From Octopus sinensis (Eukaryota), in the NCBI RefSeq assembly GCF_006345805.1, contig NC_043000.1:116622001-116686000 (forward strand): a DNA stretch of 64,000 nucleotides, given 5' to 3'. Position 1 is the first letter of the stretch, and every line of letters begins with the position of its first letter. The notes beneath the pieces are model-generated. The model was not told the origin of the DNA. It was given only the letters and a program-made list of their open reading frames with translations, and did not search any database. This document shows, one piece after another, positions 1-12,570 of this stretch. The translations under genes were made by a program, and so were the position numbers.

Positions 1-226
1 TCAATGGAGGTTTTCATGTCGGTCTGCAGTTTTTCCAGCTCTAGCCTTTTCATTGTTTTTGAATGTGGATGTTGTGTGTGGGAATATTTTAATTGGTTGA
101 TTTTTTTGTTGAGTCTTTTGATACGCCTGATGAGTGTTTTTTCCTTTTTAGGGAGCCGGTTTCTCTTTGTGTTAGTAGATTTCGTGGGAGCGTGTTTAGA
201 GCATGAATAGGTGACAATGTTTTCAA
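1..226 (-). mobile_element. Possible LINE ORF2 remnant (linker between endonuclease and RT), running off the window edge
   Basis: Minus-strand frame open for ~75 codons (IENIVTYSCSKHAPTKSTNTKRNRLPKKEKTLIRRIKRLNKKINQLK...LELEKLQTDMKTSI). Basic, helical composition like CR1/L2 linkers; no catalytic motif visible. Confidence 0.35.
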
Positions 227-250
227 TGTATTATTATTATTATTATTGTT

Positions 251-1025
251 ATGGTTCAGCTCAGATTCCGTGTTATTCTTAGTAGGATACCTGTAATCTT
301 AGGTATCCAAAAGTTTTCAGTTGCCTTTCAAATGCTTAGAACACTCCAGATAATCCTTACTGTCCCTAGAAGACAAGATTTCTACAGGAGCTCTACCGGA
401 CATTTTATTCAAATCTCCTTCAGCCATTTGTCTATATCTATGCTTATTATTATAGGCACGGCCTTTACTGTTCGCATGCTGCAAATTCTTCGTATTTCAT
501 ACTTTAAGGGATTCTATTTTTTTCTTCTTTCTTTACGATCCTGGAATCAAACAGGCATGATGGGTCGATAAGTAAGAAACTTCGTTTTTCTTATCTACTA
601 CCATTATACCTTGTCTATTATTTTTTTAATTTCTCGTCCGTTTGAATAGGTAAGTCCCAGAGAATCTTACATTTCCCTGACTCCAGTACTCTTTCGATTA
701 TTGCACCATTTTTTCCAGCTTCAAACCTTCATTTCTGGTACAGTTTATAGTATATAACTTTTACAAACTGGTCATGCCTCCATTTCTTATATTCTTCCCG
801 TGCCAACTTGGGACATTCTGCAACAATATGTGTCACTGTCTCGCTCCAAGTTGCACAGACTACATTTTTCTGACACATTCACTCCATATATATTTTTTCT
901 TAAATTGTTTTTATCGCTTGATCTTCGACTGCTAAAGTTACCCTTTCTGTTTCTTTTTATTTTGCCAATTTTTAAAAACCAATCCCAGGATTTTGTTCCA
1001 CATGCATGTTCAATGGCTCTCTAAA
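251..1025 (-). mobile_element. Decayed R4/Dong-like non-LTR retrotransposon 3' end (zinc knuckle + restriction-like endonuclease)
   Basis: Frameshifted minus-strand translation gives SWDWFLK..KKETERVTLAVEDQAIKT, EKCSLC..ETVTHIVAECPKLAREEYKKWRHD, KILWDLPIQTD, and LLQKSCLLGTVRIIWSVL, followed by an (AAT)n tail at ~230-250. Confidence 0.8.
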
Positions 1026-1048
1026 ATGATTATTAATGTTAATATTAA

Positions 1049-1433
1049 GGCGCAGGAGTGGCTGTGTGGTAAGTAGCTTGCTTACCAGCCACATGGTTCC
1101 GGGTTCAGTACCACTGCGTGGACCTTCGGCGAGTTACTTTTACTATAGCCTTAGGCCGACCAAAGCCTTGTGAGTGGATTTGGTAGACGGAAACTGAAAG
1201 AAGCCCGTCGTATGTGTGTGTGTGTGTGTGTGTTTGTGTGTGTGTATTTGTGTGTGTTTGTGTGTGTCTGTTTGTCCCCCCAATATCGCTTGACGACCGA
1301 AGCTAGTGTGTTTACGTCCCCGTAACTTAGCAGTTCGGCAAAAGAGACCGATAGAATAAGTACTGGGCTTACAAAGAATAAGTCCTGGGGTCGATTTGCA
1401 CGATTAAAGGCGGTGCTCCAGCATGGCCACGAC
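1049..1433 (+). mobile_element. SINE family A copy (tRNA-like head GGCGCAGGAGTGGCTGTGTGGTAAG, internal microsatellite)
   Basis: Alignable by eye to copies at 34601, 53267 (+) and 11092, 13969, 33483, 41622, 57940 (-). A-box-like TGGCTGTGTGG and B-box-like GGTTCAGT. Confidence 0.85.
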
Positions 1434-1466
<33 letters not shown>

Positions 1467-2137
1467 GATGATGATGATAGTCGAACATTTAATGACAATG
1501 ATTTCTAACATAAGACGAATACAACGCCATTTGCTCTAACCATATTATCTACTGGTTACAATCAAAGACCAAGAACGATTGAAGCTTTAAGATAATCCCA
1601 GCAAGCTTTGAATGTGACGTATCAAAATTGAACAAACTATGCAAATATAGCGTCTTGTTATAAGCATAAGATCATTAAATTTGAGCTTAATTGGCATTTA
1701 TGGGCAGATGTAAGATTTCTTAGATGTGGGATAAGAAAAAGCAAAGAAGTCGTCAGAAGATCAGGACGACAAAGAAACGAATCTATTTGTGCTTAAATTC
1801 CAGTTTCTTTTGGATCTACCACGGTAATAAATATTCAGCTATATTAATGGGAAATGAAAATTAAAATACAGGAAATAAGATATACATTGATGGATTATGA
1901 AAATAAAAAAAATATTTGGATTCAGTTTTTTTTTTCTAATAGAAGTAATATTAAAAAGGAATGCAAATTATTAATCCATATATAGGATTTTCAAAGTCAA
2001 CTGTATATTTAATTAATGGATCCCTTTAATGCCCCCCAGGAATGAAATCGATAGATATGCTTCCGTTAAAATCGATAGAAGGATTATAACTATACGTGCA
2101 AACACAGTAAATTCGTTTGCATACATACATACGTACA

Positions 2138-2490
<353 letters not shown>

Positions 2491-3032
2491 AGCTGGTGTG
2501 GCCATTAAAGATATATATTGAAGAAAAGTACGAACGAAGTGGTATATGAGCTAAACGGATAGTTAATATCAAATGATAATAATGAGGGTGATGATTTCGA
2601 ACATTTAATAATAATAATTTCTATCATGAGATATTGGATATTCCTTATTTTTCTAACGTTTTTATGCTTATTTTCCATGCCCGGTTTATTAAAATCTTCT
2701 TGACACAATTTCATTATACTAAAGATGTCCTCTTTTACCTTCTATCCATAGTTCTTAACAATGTAACACTTGACAGCAGACACGTGTTAGGAAGCAGGAT
2801 TATTTTATAATATATATCATTCGAAAAGAAGTGATTATTAGAAAATATGCCAAGTTCTGTAAAATTATCGGAACTCTTGTATAATGCAATTATTTTCAAC
2901 CCTACGATCGATCACAATTAACAATAACTGGCACACTCTCGCAACTCATTAATAGGTATACATTAGTATTTCTAGATATGCAAGCATATGCACAAGAAGA
3001 TATATATAAAACAACACATACAAACATGCACG

Positions 3033-3078
3033 TATACATACATACATACATACATACATACATACATACATACATACA

Positions 3079-3112
<34 letters not shown>

Positions 3113-3165
3113 CATACGTATATACATACATACATGCATGCATACAAAAATATATACACACATAC
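3033..3165. repeat. (TACA)n microsatellite
   Basis: Direct reading. Confidence 0.95.
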
Positions 3166-3314
3166 ATACAAAAATACCATTTTGATATTGTTGAAATTCG
3201 AAAGAAGGAGCGTGGATCTAGGTTAGAAACCCACTCTATCTCTTTTTGCAGGAAATCTTGAAATAAAACTGAATAATGATATGTATGTATGTATGTATAT
3301 ATGTATGTATGTAT

Positions 3315-3450
3315 CAGGGGCGGACTGAGAGAATTAAGAGCCCTCGGGTATAACTGTGTGTGTCAGTAGAGTTGACATGTAGAGCACGGCTTCTCAAAGC
3401 TTTGGTCCCTAAAGGAGTGCCCGATTGACCGACGGCTCAGTCCGCCCCCG
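3315..3450. mobile_element. 136-bp MITE inserted in a (TATG)n tract
   Basis: 15-bp TIRs CAGGGGCGGACTGAG / CTCAGTCCGCCCCCG (1 mismatch). Flanks GTATGTAT / GTACGTAT are compatible with an 8-bp TSD but uninformative inside a microsatellite. Confidence 0.75.
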
Positions 3451-3806
3451 GTACGTATGTATGTATGTATGTATGGAGATTTTCATACATTCATACATAA
3501 CCAATAACGATGGACTCAATTAAGCCGAAACCGTTCGGTTTGGTGATCTCCTGGTGTGCTAGAAGATGGCAAGGGTTCGCTCCCTTGATCTCTATATATA
3601 CCAGGTGCAGGCTGAATCGATAACCAGCTAGAAGATGCTTTTCTAGGGGTTAAAAACGGTAGTAACGCCGAATAGTCATCTGACTGTGAAACTAAGCATT
3701 ACAAACGCACACACACACACATACTTGTTCACTGGGCGTTAAGCTCATACAATTCTTGAGCACGTCCTCTTGTCTGTTAAATTTACTCGTTTGATCATAT
3801 ATATAT

Positions 3807-4014
3807 ATCTGAGGGTGCTGGAAAGCTGCTGACTTCAATGGTATCGCTAGAGACCTAAATTTCCGAGTACTTTTATGTGTCTAAGAAAAACCGAAGGACC
3901 GCTGCAGTAAGTGTATGAATCTGAGAGGGGGAATATGTTGAATAAAATAATAATTAAATGATTTTCCTGCATTTGCTTTTGCACAAAGCCAGGACTGTTT
4001 CGGTATCGTTCGTC

Positions 4015-4018
<4 letters not shown>
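3807..4018 (+). mobile_element. Mariner-derived MITE (degenerate)
   Basis: Degenerate mariner-type TIRs in TA context; internal AAGTGTATGAATCTGAGAGG..GAATATGTTGAATAA resembles the mariner transposase C-terminus (KC...GEYVE*). Related copy at 9258. Confidence 0.55.
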
Positions 4019-4066
<48 letters not shown>

Positions 4067-4068
<2 letters not shown>

Positions 4069-4975
4069 GATCGGGGCTTGTTTTTTGGACAGCTCGAAAA
4101 GAAGTCTTAGGTGTGTGTTGTTGCACAATGGCCTCAATACGACTCGATACCGATTGGGCACTTAACAAAATTAAAAGAAATGTGTGAACATATAGAAAAG
4201 AGTTTAAATCTCATCAAATATAGGGAGAACGAGAGGGTCAAATGTGTTAATTTTCTGGTTAAAAATAAATGGTTAATTTTCTGCTAGAACAACAAGTAAG
4301 GTATCTTAAATATCTCTGCTTCATTTATTTAAGGGAGAGCAGGGCCAAGAAAGAACATTATTTCAAACAAATCTGGCCAGCAGGAACATCACTTACTGTT
4401 GGAGAAAGAAACGTAATTAATCCGTCTTTATTGACCAGAGATAATGTCATATTTTCTACTCTGCATATCAAACTAGGCCTCAATAAACAATATGCAAAAG
4501 TTTTAGATACGAACGGCGAGTGTTTCAAATACATAACTTCAAAATTTTAAGTTTAAGTTATGTAAAAAAAAAATATCAAGATGGGAATTTTCGACAGTTC
4601 ACAAATAACATTAATTAAAGACTTCGATTTTTCTAATATCAAGAATGAAAGCGATAAAAATGCTTCGTTCCCATTCATGGACTCGATAGAAAAATCTTGA
4701 GGCAATTATAGGGCAGATAACTATGAGGAAATCGTAAAAAAAAAACTTTTAAGGGATTACAATAAGTTTACAATATGAGCGTAAAGATGCATTTTTTGAA
4801 TAGTTATTTTGACCAATTTCGGGTAATTTAGGTGCTGTTAGTGATGAGCAAGGAAAGAGATTCCACTCCACCAAGATGTCAAAATTATGGACGAACGGTA
4901 CCAAGAACGCTAGGATTCCAACATGATGGCTGATAATACAGTTGATGCTTGAGAAGAGACCTGCCATCAACAATC
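4067..4975 (+). mobile_element. Decayed DDE transposase, probably Chapaev3/CMC-type
   Basis: Frameshifted motifs LDSSKRSLRCVLLHNG, MVNFLLEQQ.YLKYLCFIY..SR, STLHIKLGLNKQYAKVLD.NGECFKYI, MSVKMHFLNS, LGAVSDEQG.RFH.QDVKIMDERYQ, DSNMMAD. A transposase remnant is well supported; the superfamily label is from memory of the motifs. Confidence 0.7.
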
Positions 4976-6356
4976 AAATACGCTAGAGAGCCTTATAAAA
5001 GAGTTTTGGCTAGAATGAAAGCTTGACATCTCTTTATTTTTTTTATTTTATTTTAAGTCATTTCTACCGTTATAATGTAATTTTACTGTAGTTTGTACTG
5101 CTCGTATTCATGAAACAGGAAAATAACTTTGAACACATAATTATTTAGTCCTTAGGCTATTGACAAGAATTTGGACCTAATAAAAAGAAACCGAGTTGAA
5201 ATTCTTATTCAACGGAACTAAATTACTTTGAATCGATTGTCAGATATCATTCAGTAAAATATGTGTTACCCAGGGTAATAGAATGATACGAATAATTCCT
5301 AAAAGCTTCAATAGAAGAACTGCAAAATCTACTGTAACTGTTAAACACATTGTCCCGATGAGGAACTACGTAAGTTTCGGAAATCACATTGTTCGAATCC
5401 CAAAGCACCCAGCCATCACGCTCCATCGATTTCTCTGCAAGAGAGGAACACTGACCACCTTAAACAACGAATATGAAATGATAACCCTTATATTTCGATC
5501 AGAGCAGTCAATACTCTGTGCGAAATGTTGGATATTTACTGTTCTTCTGGTGGCAACCTAATTAACCTTCCGTTGGATAAACTTTCACGTTGTTACATAG
5601 TTTCCTGTAATAAAACGAAAAAATTTAATGAAACAACCTATGTGCAAGTCTAAAATTAAAAAAAAAATATTCGTTGATATTCAAGAAAAAAAAATGTTCA
5701 TTAACTGTATCTTAGAATGTTAGAATGTTGTATGGTTAATTATCTTCGGTCAAATGGCACGTGAAGATGCGACGTCGAACCAGAGATGGGAACTTATAAC
5801 TTTTACGTTACATTGTTTTATTGATACCAAAGTGAACTTACAGGTTATTAATCAAGTGCTTTATTACAATAGAATAAACTCGACATAATCATAATATAAC
5901 TCAGTCTGTTCTGATTAGTTCAATAATTAAATTGCGGTTGTATGAATTAATAAGATGTCAGAGATCCAAGGACACTATTAACCCGCAATATCTCGTTACT
6001 TGTATTGTACACAGTCAAATAAATTCGAGCCACGCGTAGCTTGATACTGTGGGTCAGTAATGCTCGTTAGTGGAAGGGCAAATATTTTGTTAGCTTTAAG
6101 TTCTCTGTGAAATCTCGGCACATTTTGTAGTGTTTGAATAATATATACAAAATTTAATTAATATTTGCTGATATAAGTAGTTAGCGGATCTTTAATTAAA
6201 AGCAAGTTAACGTGCTTCCAACCATATTTGACTATTTAAAAGTGAAGTGTTTTCACAAAAGTGTGTGTGGGCCCTCATTTGGTTAGGGGTAGGGTGCGAA
6301 GACCCGGTTAGGGTTAGGGTACGAAGACCCAGAATACTATTTTTTAAAAAGAATAA

Positions 6357-6676
6357 ATGGCACTCCATCGGTCACGACGGCAGAGAGAGTTCCAGTTGAT
6401 ACGATCAATGGAACAATCTGCTCTTGAAATTAACGTGTAAGTGGCTGAGTACACCACACATGCGCGTTCTCAAAACGTAGATCTCAAGCAGATTCAGCGT
6501 GTCCCAGAATGATAACAAGGTTGGCACTTTGAAAATACAAGTACTACATAGTTTTGCCATCTGAGTAGACAGCAGTACCGTGGATGAAGTGTCTTGCTCA
6601 AGGACTTAACTTGTCACTGGGTATCGAACCCATGACCTTGAGCTGAATAACCTAACCACTCAGCCACACGCCTTCA
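6357..6676 (-). mobile_element. SINE family C copy (old)
   Basis: Reverse complement matches 23494-23812 (GGCTTAGTGGTTAG head, GTCCTTGAGCAAGACACTT core-like block, shared tail). Confidence 0.75.
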
Positions 6677-7064
6677 CGATCAACATAGCTCCGATGTTTA
6701 CAATTTACTTTAATGAAACCTCATCAAGGCAGAATGAACATTGAATATAAATTATAAACTAACTACGACGATACAGTGACAGTCTTTCTGTATGATAATC
6801 AGTAAAGTTGTTATTTAGCAAGTGATATATACTTCGAGTTCCATTACGGTGGCTTGTCCTTCTCTTTCTTCAATTTGTAGTTCCTTACAAAAAAAAATAT
6901 TTTTTAAATTGAAATAAATAGTAACTTTTATATGAAAGACTAATGTTTCAATATGAAAGTGTTTTTTTATTGCATTTTCGCCTCCAATGTTTGTCTGATA
7001 CAACCATTTAATGACTTCAAGATTTAATTATTTAAAGGGAATTTCAATATAACTTATTGAAATA

Positions 7065-7700
7065 AGGCGGCAAGTTGGCAGAATCGTTAGCACGCCGAGC
7101 AAAATACTTAGCAGCATTTTGTCCGGCCTTACGTTCTGAGTCCAAATTCTGGATCTTTCGGTTTCAACGGCAGTTTTTAAAAATAATTTCCACGTAACTA
7201 AACACTTTTAAACTTCGTATACTGGTAGAATGTGTTTATAAAACATATTTTTCTCTTGGCTTTATTGAGAAAATTCTATGGTTTGTAAGATATTTGTTGT
7301 TGTTTTTCTTCAATTTCTGCAATTTCAACCAATCAATGACGTCTATTGAAGTGAAAACATTCTGTGCCGTATGAATTTGTCCCTCGTTTAAGAAATAGAT
7401 TGGGTTTATTTACATTTCTGCAGAAAAAAAGATACCCTTCCCCCCACCCCTAAACCTAACCCTAAAACAGATTGAAATGCAATAGATCGATACTAGGGTC
7501 ATAATGATGGGTGACAATTTCATATGACACCGCTAGAAAAAACTGCCGTTCAAACCGAAAATATCCCAAATTCCACCATGGTCGATTTTGCCTTTCATTC
7601 TTTCGGGGTCGATAAAATAAATACCAGTTGAACGCTGGGGGTCGATGTAATCGACCTACCGTTACCTCTGAAATGGCCTGCCTGATGGTAAAATGTGAAA
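7065..7700 (+). mobile_element. SINE family B copy (AAGGCGGCGAGCTGGCAGAA head) split by a MITE
   Basis: Head at 7065-7149; resumes at 7567 with CAAATTCC..GTCGATTTTGCCTTTCATTCTTTCGGGGTCGATAAA. Confidence 0.8.
7151..7566. mobile_element. hAT-type MITE, long form (416 bp)
   Basis: ~28-bp TIRs GGATCTTTCGGTTTCAACGGCAGTTTTT / AAAAAACTGCCGTTCAAACCGAAAATATCC; 8-bp TSD CAAATTCT/CAAATTCC; near-identical copy at 41113-41539. Confidence 0.85.
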
Positions 7701-7723
7701 TCAATATTATTTGTTAAAATCAG

Positions 7724-7910
7724 AAAGCGGGCTACTAGATTAGTTAGCACGCCGGTATTTGGTCCATCTTTACATTCTGGGTTCAAATTTTGCCTCGGTC
7801 GACTTTTCTTTTTAATCTTTTGATAGTATAAGTACCACTCGGACACTGGTACCAATGTAATCGACCCCACCCCCGAATTTTCTGGTCTTGTGCCAAAATT
7901 TGAATCCAAT
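7724..7910 (+). mobile_element. SINE family B copy (degenerate)
   Basis: GTTAGCACGCCGG..GTTCAAATT..GGTCGACTTT..GTACCA pattern. Confidence 0.7.
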
Positions 7911-8221
7911 GTTATCTATTAAAATGACTATATCGGATGTATGCTGTTTTTGTGACATGAAACTGAGATCGCATTTTTATTAGTTATTCAATGCAGCGAT
8001 TACGTTTTCCTATCAATTATGAAACTAAGTTACATGGATTTTATAGGTTTCCGAAAAAAAATAAAAGGAAGTTAGGAAAAGAAATCACAGGAAAAATGTC
8101 ACATTTTATTTAACAAATAAAACAAATATTGTAAATCAGTCATTAACTGAAAGTACAGTAATCTCTTGCCATATCGTGGTTCACCTATCGCTGTTTATTG
8201 TTTAAGTTTACGTAAGGTGGT

Positions 8222-8630
8222 AAGGCGGCGAGCTGGCAGAAACGTTAGCACCCGGGCAAAATGCTTAGCAGTATTTCGTCTGCCGCTACGTTCTGAGTTC
8301 AAATTCCGCCGATGTTGATTTTTGCCTTTCATCCTTTCGGGGTCGATTAAATTAGTACCAGTTACGCACTGGGGTCGATATAATCGACTTAATCCGTTTG
8401 TCTCTCCTTGTTTGTCCTCTCTGTGTTTAGCCCCTTGTGGACAATACAGAAATAAGAAACGTTAGCAAGCCGTCTGTCTTGACGTCCTGTGTTCAAATTC
8501 CGCCGAATTCAACTTTGCCTTTCATCCTTTCGGGGTCGATAAATAAATTACCAGTTGCGTACTGAAGTCGATGTAGGCGACTGCTCTCTTTCCTCAAATT
8601 GCGGGCCTTGTGCCTATACTAGAAATGATT
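8222..8630 (+). mobile_element. Two head-to-tail SINE B copies
   Basis: Full copy 8222-8455; second copy restarts at GAAACGTTAGC (~8456). Confidence 0.8.
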
Positions 8631-9257
8631 ATTTAAGCTTACGTAGATACCTTCCTGCTGGATAACTTTGCTCACTGTGGCATTTTTCGGTGAGATTTAT
8701 TCTGTCAATTTATTTTTTCTGTAAATATATTTCTGCGAGATTTCATTTTTTATTTCCTGTATTAATTTTTCTGGTTTGTATTTTGCACGAAATCAAAAGA
8801 TTGTAGTTTAATCATATCATGGTTCTAATTGTGTTGATTGGTTATTTAATTAAATTGCATATAGATAAACGAATAAAGTTCTTGGTGTCAACAGAAATTG
8901 ACACAAAGGTCACTATTGAAAGTTCATATCCAGTAAGTCGTACTGTATTTATTCCATAACGAAATAAAGTCCATTCTCGTGCAAATTGATATGTTGGGTC
9001 AATAGTTCTCACAAATGGAAAGAGGGGGATTTTGTAGGTTTCGGGTGGTGTGTTGAAATCTTATTGCATATGTCACTTCAGGTGAATAAAATTCTGAATA
9101 ATATCCCTTATAACCTGTTTATGCGTATCACGTTATATCGGACATTGTATTCAGCTGTTACAAACTTCCAAGTAAATGTGTATATAAAGTTACTGAACAC
9201 CAATATTCGTATTAGTAACGATTTACATACAATTCTAAATGTATACGATGACTTGCA

Positions 9258-9452
9258 TACGAGGGGTGCTTTCCGTTATGAAAAGTTCCTGGCTCTAAGG
9301 GTGTTGAGAAAAGCCTGGTTGGAGGCCCAAATTTCCGAGTCCTTTTTCAGGGTTTAGAAAAACTTTTCTAAGTGTGGGAATCTGGGAGGGGACTATGTTG
9401 GATAAAGTCATAATTAAGTGACCCTCCTGTATTTTCTGTTACCCAAAGCCAT
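9258..9452 (+). mobile_element. Mariner-derived MITE fragment
   Basis: TACGAGGGGTG..TGAAAAGTTCCTGGCT mariner-type end; AAGTGTGGGAATCTGGGAGGGGACTATGTTGGATAA reads KCGNLGGDYVG*; related to 3807-4018. Confidence 0.55.
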
Positions 9453-11091
9453 AAACTTTTCATAACCCGCTCGGTTTCTTTATTAGCCACAAGGGCCCAA
9501 AATAGAGGGAGACAAACAAGGACAAACAGGGCACCACAGAAGGGACAATACATAGAACGAATATGATTGAGATGATTATATAACAATGGGCTTATGAATG
9601 ACTACATGCGCCCCTCATCACATGAATTACCATTAACCTTTTTAAACTGTCCGTTTTTATCATGTATTTACATAACAATTAATTATCGTCTACCATTACA
9701 ATTATTTGAACCGTTATACGTTACCTTTCAGCACCCGCTCGTATTCTTAACACATTCGAGGAGATTGAAACACAACTATACTAAACGCTGTTCTGTTCGT
9801 CTAATAGTTGTTAAACTTAGATATAAAACACTTTTACATTTTTAAACATGTTTCTGTGCTTTAAAATTCCCGATATAGATTTATTTCGATATTATGAAAC
9901 AAAGAATTCAATAGAATTTACAGAGGGCAGATGCCCCTCAAACAATACGCTTGTCTGGGAAAACTTTTTGATGTTTTAAAGAGTCACTACAAGGCATTAC
10001 TTTCTTTGTGTAGCATCATTATGGCATTGACTGAAAAGACTAGCCTTTAAAATGAGATTCACATGGTTAAAACGTAAGAATTAACAGGGACGAGCCGGCC
10101 TGCCGACTGGATTTCCTTTCAGTGACACAATGTATTAGTAGTAGTAGTTGTAGTAGTAGTAGTACTCCTTGTCGTTTTTGTCGTGGTCGTCGTCGTAGTG
10201 GTAGTAGTAATCGTGTATTATAGACTCAGTCCTTGTGGGCATGGATATATCATATATGATCTATCTATCTATCTATCTGTGTGTATGTGCGTGAGTACGT
10301 ATTCGTGTAGCAAGGTTCAAGCGTATATGAAACTCTTTCTCGTTTTTATTTTGTTTTCTTTTTCATTTTTCTTCGACAAGTTAAGAACCGATTAGAAACC
10401 CATTTTCAGGATGATTGAACAGCAATTAGAATAAACGGAAAACTGGAAATGTGGAAGGTTTTACATGTTTCGATATTAATGTTAATGGTTGCTATCAGAT
10501 TTACAATCAGTTTTATTCTATCTGACACCTTCATTTCCTAGATTGGTTTTCCTTCCAAGAACCTCGAAGTCCATAGACACAATGTGAATCTCTGAACTGG
10601 TGATACAATTTGCGCATTTTCCCATTATAACTTACTTATTATTCTTCTTCTCGTTTATCTATTTATTTATATATTTATTTAGTGATTTATTTATTTTGTT
10701 TATTATAATGCGATGTACTTATTTGTTGGACATCCACTATAGAGATTACTGAGTTTTGATCTGTTTTTACTCCCCGGAGGGAAACATTGTCTAGCCTTTT
10801 GCTTTTAATTGCTTGCATTAATTGACACTGTAACATACATGTCTCAAAGATTCTTTACGTTACTTTTTTGTCCATTTATTTTTGGTTCGCAGTTTATCCT
10901 GTCTGCTGCGTGTCATGGTAATCATTTCGTACCTTGCTAGCTCTCGGCACTTCACCGATTTTCAAATGATAAGACTGTAAACAATCTACATAATCTTTGA
11001 ATTAACTCAATTAACATCAGCCAGTGACCAATATTGATTTTTCCTCTCATTGTTTTTTTTGTTAGGCTTTTTATGCTTTGTGTGTTAATCT

Positions 11092-11644
11092 TTACTCTTT
11101 TACTAGTTTCAGTCATTTGATTGTAGCCATACTGGAGCACCGCCTTTAATCTAGCAAGTCGACCCCAGGACTTATTCTTTGTAAGCCTAGTACTTATTCT
11201 ATCGGTCTCTTTGGCCGAACAGTTAAGTTACGGGAACGTAGACACACCAGCATCGGTTGTCAAGCGATGTTAGGGGGACAAACACAGGCACACAAACAGG
11301 ATATTTTCCTTTTGAACGGCACATGTCAAGACAATTTATAGTTAACTAAACACTTTTAAACTTCGTATACTGGTAGAATGTGTTTATAAAACATCTACCA
11401 GTATACGAAGTTTAAAAGTGTTTAGTTAACTAGAAATTGTGTTGAAAACTGCTGTTCAAAAGGAAAAGATCTCACAAACATATACACACACATACAGACA
11501 TATATATATACGACGGGCTTGTTTCAGTTTCTGTCTACCAAATCCACTCACAAGGCTTTATAGTAGTAGACACTTGCCCAAGGTGCCACGCAGAACCCAG
11601 AACCCTGTGGTTGGTAAGCAAGCTACTTACCACAGAGCCACTGC
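11092..11644 (-). mobile_element. SINE family A copy interrupted by a MITE
   Basis: Both halves match SINE A; insertion at 11299-11472. Confidence 0.85.
11299..11472. mobile_element. hAT-type MITE, 174-bp hairpin form
   Basis: Two left ends of the 7151 family joined head-to-head (~79-bp arms); perfect 8-bp TSD CACAAACA (11291-11298, 11473-11480). Confidence 0.85.
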
Positions 11645-12139
11645 TTTGAAAGTCCCATGTCAACTCAGATGGACAATCCGTATTATCAATGACGTTCCAT
11701 TGGTGAGAATGTCATCTATTCGTTCGTACATAATGTTTTCAGTACCTAATTGTCTAAAATACACTTCAGTTTAATGGGACAGTTTAATATACATTAGCAG
11801 ATCATGCGATCTCGTAGAAACACATCTCTTTCATTTGATGGAAAACAATATTATTCAAACCTTTGGTAAATATTTAGAACTAAATGAACAGAGTCATTTC
11901 ACTGTTCATTGTCTTTACCATAAATACGATTCGAAATCGGTGATAGGATGTATAATGGTTGCCCAGCACCATTCTAGTTGTCTGGAACACTTTTTGCTCG
12001 CACAGAACGTTTTTTTTTTGCGACAGAGCGCTCAATTGTAATACCATCGAGCGCTCTTGATTCACCGATAAACTCGACATCGAGTTGATCCCCTCCTGCA
12101 TCGGTAATGACAGTTCAAAAATGTTGAGATTTCTGGTAT

Positions 12140-12570
12140 TTAGCGATTTACTTATTTCTTTATTGCCCACAAGGGGCTAAACATAGAGGGGACAAACAAG
12201 GACAGAGAGACGGATTAAGTCGATTACATCGACCCCAGTGCGTAACTTGTACTTAATGTATCGACCCCGAAAGGATGAAAGGGAAAATCGACCTCGGCGG
12301 AATTTGAACTCAGAACGTATAGACAGACGAAATGCCTTTTTCTTTACTACCCACAAGGGGCTAAACAAAGAGAGGACAAACAAGGACAGACAAACGGATT
12401 AAGTCGATTACATCGATCCCAGTGCGTAACTTGTACTTAATTTATCGACCCCGAAAGGATGAAAGGGAAAGTCGACCTCGGCGGAATTTGAACTCAGAAC
12501 GTAGCGGAACACGAAATACTAGAAAGCATTTCGCCCGACTTGCTAACGATTCTGCCAGGTCGCTGCTTTT
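12140..12570 (-). mobile_element. Two tandem SINE B copies
   Basis: Repeated CACAAGGGGCTAAAC..CGACCCCGAAAGGATGAAAGG..GAACTCAGAACG blocks. Confidence 0.85.
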
